64,000 bases of DNA. Origin: Octopus sinensis. Lineage: Eukaryota. The notes under the pieces were generated by a model that was not told where the DNA came from, did no database searches, and saw only the letters and a program-made list of their open reading frames with translations. Positions 60,459 through 64,000 of the stretch are shown piece after piece (the first letter of the stretch is position 1; every line of letters begins with the position of its first letter). The DNA lies in contig NC_043012.1 in the NCBI RefSeq assembly GCF_006345805.1, positions 44,578,001 to 44,642,000 of the forward strand, in the 5' to 3' direction. The position numbers and the translations under genes are program-made.

Positions 60459-60580
60459 CGAGCGTTTAGTTTCCGTCTACCAAATCCACTCACAAGGCTT
60501 TAGGTTATATTACAAGACACTTGCCCAAGGTGTCAGCAGTTTGACTGAACCTGGAACCATGTGGTTGGGAAACAGTCTTC
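60200..60580. mobile_element. Dominant SINE-like repeat copy with (CA)n
   Basis: cttttacttgttttagtcgtcagactgcggtcatgctggggcaccgcc...gtttccgtctaccaaatccactcacaaggc. Confidence 0.85.
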
Positions 60581-60994
60581 TTACTACTCAACCCCGCCAG
60601 CATGGAGACAATATCATTCAATGTTTCTGCCGTTCTGTAGAAAGGCAACAATAATGTTGGCCGAGCCTACATATGCTTCCATCACTGCTGTACATGGCTG
60701 AGGTTAATGATGCAGATTTGAGCTTAGCAGACTCATGAAACACTCGGCAAACATGCAGCGCCTGCATCTCAGCAATGAACTGGATATCTTGGTGACAATC
60801 TATTTTTAATTGAGACCAATGTGAGTTAATGCATTAGTCAGAGACGAGTACAATTCATCTACTGGAAAGATATTCTATCGTCTTAGTCAAAATATTTTTT
60901 TATTTGTGGAGTGAAATATAGTTGTAGTCCATGGTGGGAAACTCAAAGCAATGCTGCCAAATAATACATCTTCGACCAATGAACTTATCCCCAG

Positions 60995-61633
60995 CTCCTT
61001 GCTATTAACAAAGCATGCGGAGTTCTGTTTTTGATTCGACGGTCATTCGGAATGCTCACAGCAGCCATATTCCTACCGCTCTATGTCACGCTGGTGAGAC
61101 CCATATTGGAGTATGGGATTCAAGCCTCTTCTCCTTATCTCCTCAAAGACATACATCATCTCGAAAGAGTCCAGAAGCTGGCTACCCGCATGGTTCTTGG
61201 TCTTAAGCATTTGTCTTATGAAGAAAGGCTGAAGACGCTCAACCTTTATTCTCTTGAAAAACGCCGCTGCCGTGGTGATCTCATTCTCGCTCACAACATC
61301 ATGAGCGGAAAGTGTAACCTCTCGAAAGAGCTGTTCTTCACTCCTGCTCCAGAGTGTCGGCTGCGAGGTCACTCCGAAAAGCTCTATCTGCGACGATTTC
61401 ATCTCAATCGAAGGAGAGAGGCTTTCTCCGTCCGGGTTGTGGATCCGTGGAATAAGCTGCCGGACGAGATAGTGAAGATGCCGACGACCGCTCGGTTCAA
61501 AGTCTCTCTTGACCAGAAATGGCCTGAACTCTTTGCATGAACACCCTCCCTGTACATAACTCCATGGCCCCCTACCTGACCTTGCTTTTTGCTTTTTGAG
61601 CCAAAAAATTAACTTAACTTAACTTAAACTTAA
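60995..61633 (+). mobile_element. 5'-truncated CR1 LINE, relatively young, with (TTAAC)5 tail
   Basis: Open 169-codon C-terminus IRRSF..LYVTLVRPILEYG..HLERVQKLATRMV..LRGHSEKL..FSVRVVDPWNKLP; tail at 61609-61633. Confidence 0.93.
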
Positions 61634-61669
61634 CTCGTTTATATACTGAATATGTTTACGAATGAACAG

Positions 61670-61900
61670 CGGAAGTGTGTGGTCTAGCGGTCAGAGATGT
61701 TGCACTTCTAACCGTAAGATTGTGGCTTCTATTTCTGGACCGAGCGATGCGTTGTGTCCTTGAGCAAAACACTTCATTTCACATTGTCTCAGTCTACTCG
61801 TCTGGCAAAAATGAGTAATCTTGAGACGGAACGGCCTCCCGACCAGTGGAGAAATTTATACGCCGCAAAATCCGGGAAACCAGCTTTGTGAGCTTGGGCA
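61670..61900 (+). mobile_element. tRNA-headed CORE-type SINE
   Basis: gtggtctagcggtcagag head followed by gttgtgtccttgagcaaaacacttcatttcac. Confidence 0.7.
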
Positions 61901-63034
61901 GAACCTTTCATTTTCTTTTCTAATATATCGAGTATGTTTATATTTTGGATATGTTTATATATCGGATATACTTATATATATATCGAACATGTTACAGCAG
62001 AGTTCTGGTAAAGCCTCACGTTTGTCTCTTCTACTAAACAAAATCTGGGATCGGGATTTACAGATTTTTATTACCAAGATATCTCAGGCATGCACATTGA
62101 TATTTCGTAAGGGCGCATTAGTTAAAAAATAAGGCGTGGCTATGTGGTAAGAAGTTTGCTTCTGTAATCCGTCGCTGCACAATCAACCATCAGAATTACA
62201 TTACATTTCTTCCTATATTTAATTTTAGTGATGAAAACCTAACCAGCAACTACGAACAATTCTCTTCAACAGCCTTAAATCAAATTTTACGGAATAATTT
62301 CCAATACTTTAGAAATAACCCAATGTTCTATAATAAGACAGTGCGTTGGCAGTAATTATAATATTAGTAGAATGTCTCGCAGTATTTGCATTGGGTCTTT
62401 ATTCTTTCAGTTCAAATCCGTCGCAGTCATCTTTACATTTCATCCTTTCATGGTCAATAGATAAAATACCAGTCAGATACTGAGGTTTATTCTTGCTCAT
62501 TCTCCCAGAATAGGCTACAGGCGGTTAGGTGATGCCTTATATAAAAACACAAGAAGAAAGTTAATAGAAAACTCTATTCTCGCATGAAAACTGAGAGTCA
62601 CTAATTTGTCATGGAAATCACCAAAAGTCATTCATCGATCTGATGGCGCAAACAAAGAAGGAAGCTTGCTGGCCTGGTGCCAAAATTTGAAACCAAAATT
62701 ATACTTAAGTAATTCTACTTGAGAGAGCTCAATGTGGTGGCTCAACTTGCTAGAAAGCCCAAACCTTTGACCCTCGAATCATACAATACCATCTTTAAAA
62801 AATGAAAAGGCACATTGGATAATGTAGTTCAAATACTATATTTGAAAATAAGACTGGATGGTCACGGCGAGAATGCATTTGATCACATTTCTGCTTGATC
62901 AGATTAAAAGGATTCTTTTTGCTGCGAAATGTATTACGGAAACCCAGGTTAATATAAAGTTATGTTCATACTATATATATATATATTAATATTGCATACA
63001 TAGGAATATAGCAGAGGCAGTAAAAAAAGTGAAT

Positions 63035-63190
63035 AAGACTGGCTGTGTGGTAAGAAGCTTGCTTCTCAACCACGTGGTCCCGGTTTAGTCCTACAGTGTG
63101 GCACCATGGGCAAGTGTCTTCAACTACAGCCTCGGGCCAACCAAAGCCTTGGTAGACGGAAACTGAAAGAAGCCTGTTTTGTGTGTGTGT
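63035..63190 (+). mobile_element. SINE (tRNA head plus CORE-like domain)
   Basis: ggctgtgtggtaagaagcttgcttctcaaccacgtggtcccggtttagtcc..gggcaagtgtcttc. Confidence 0.8.
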
Positions 63191-63489
63191 GTGTGTATGT
63201 GTATATATATATATATATTTCGTGTTTGGATTTAGTTTGCAAGATTCGTTATGTGCGTTCGTGTGTTGAAGCATATTCTGTTGTGTCTGGGGAGAGTCAT
63301 TTTGTTTTTGTGGTTTATAATTTATAATTTAGTCAAGACTATTGAAAAGGTTGCAAGACGCAACGAAAATTTTAGGAAAATAGAAATAAGAAATAAGTGG
63401 AAATTTTATCGGTGAGTGTGTTACATTATAAGGCACAAAAAGAAAATGACTCTCCCCAGACACAACAGAACACACACACGCGAAGGCAC

Positions 63490-63790
63490 ATGGATCAGTG
63501 GTTAGAGCATCGGGCTCACAATCATGAGATTAGTGAGTTCGATTCCCAGACCAGGCTGCGTGTTGTGTTCTTGAGCAAGAGACTTTATTTCATGTTGCTC
63601 CAGTTAACTCTGCTGTAGAAATGAGTTGCGTCGTCACTGGTTCCAAGCTCTATCGGCCCCTTTGCCTTTCCCTTGGATAACATCAGTGACGTGGAGAGGG
63701 GTGACCGGTGTGCATGGGCGACTGCTGGTCTTCCATAAACCTTACCCGGACTTGTGCCTCGGAGGGGATCTTTTTAGGTGCAATGCCATG
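63490..63790 (+). mobile_element. tRNA-headed CORE-type SINE
   Basis: A box tcagtggttagagc, B box gagttcgattccc, then gttgtgttcttgagcaagagactttatttc. Confidence 0.8.
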
Positions 63791-63859
63791 GTCATTTATG
63801 ACCGAATTTGGGTCTTTACTCTTTTATATGTATATATATACATAAAAGGGTAAAGACCG

Positions 63860-64000
63860 GTGCTGGTGTGTTTTCGCCCCATATTGCAGTGTGATAGAAT
63901 AAATACCAGACTAAAAAATGAAACAAGTACTCGGGTTTTATTCATTCGACTAAAATTCTTCAAGGCAGTGCCCCAGGATGGCCGCAGTTTAATGACTGAA
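63860..64000. mobile_element. Dominant SINE-like repeat, truncated by the window end
   Basis: aagtactcggg..ttcgactaaaattcttcaaggcagtgccccaggatggccgcagtttaatgactgaa. Confidence 0.75.

Overview
AT-rich, repeat-dense animal genomic DNA. The SINE families, (TA)n/(CA)n/(GA)n tracts and gene content suggest an octopus (coleoid cephalopod); this is pattern recognition, not a database result. One host gene is clear: MBD2/3 (methyl-CpG-binding NuRD subunit) on the + strand, six coding exons between 11450 and 50558 that join in frame to 244 aa. Upstream lies a very young full-length Ty3/Gypsy element (4571-9614; LTRs differ by one 1-bp indel; CTTT target-site duplication) with a long open pol but an internally deleted gag. 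A CRE-clade non-LTR fragment sits inside a Tigger/pogo remnant at 560-2560. The MBD2/3 introns hold: a full-length, frameshifted Tx1/L1-clade LINE bounded by (TAA)n on both sides; a ~300-bp tandem repeat carrying degenerate minimal hammerhead-ribozyme motifs (retrozyme-like); an orphan CpG-island-like promoter in intron 4; and a Penelope-type GIY-YIG element with no recognisable RT, arranged as a ~1-kb inverted repeat around three ~850-bp AT-rich tandem units. The remainder is RTE, CR1, R4/Dong, mariner and piggyBac remnants, MITEs and tRNA-derived SINEs, plus a candidate spliced exon chain near 59.3-59.9 kb. No CRISPR arrays, rRNA or genuine tRNA genes were found. Boundaries of degraded repeats are approximate; all alignments and folds were done by eye.
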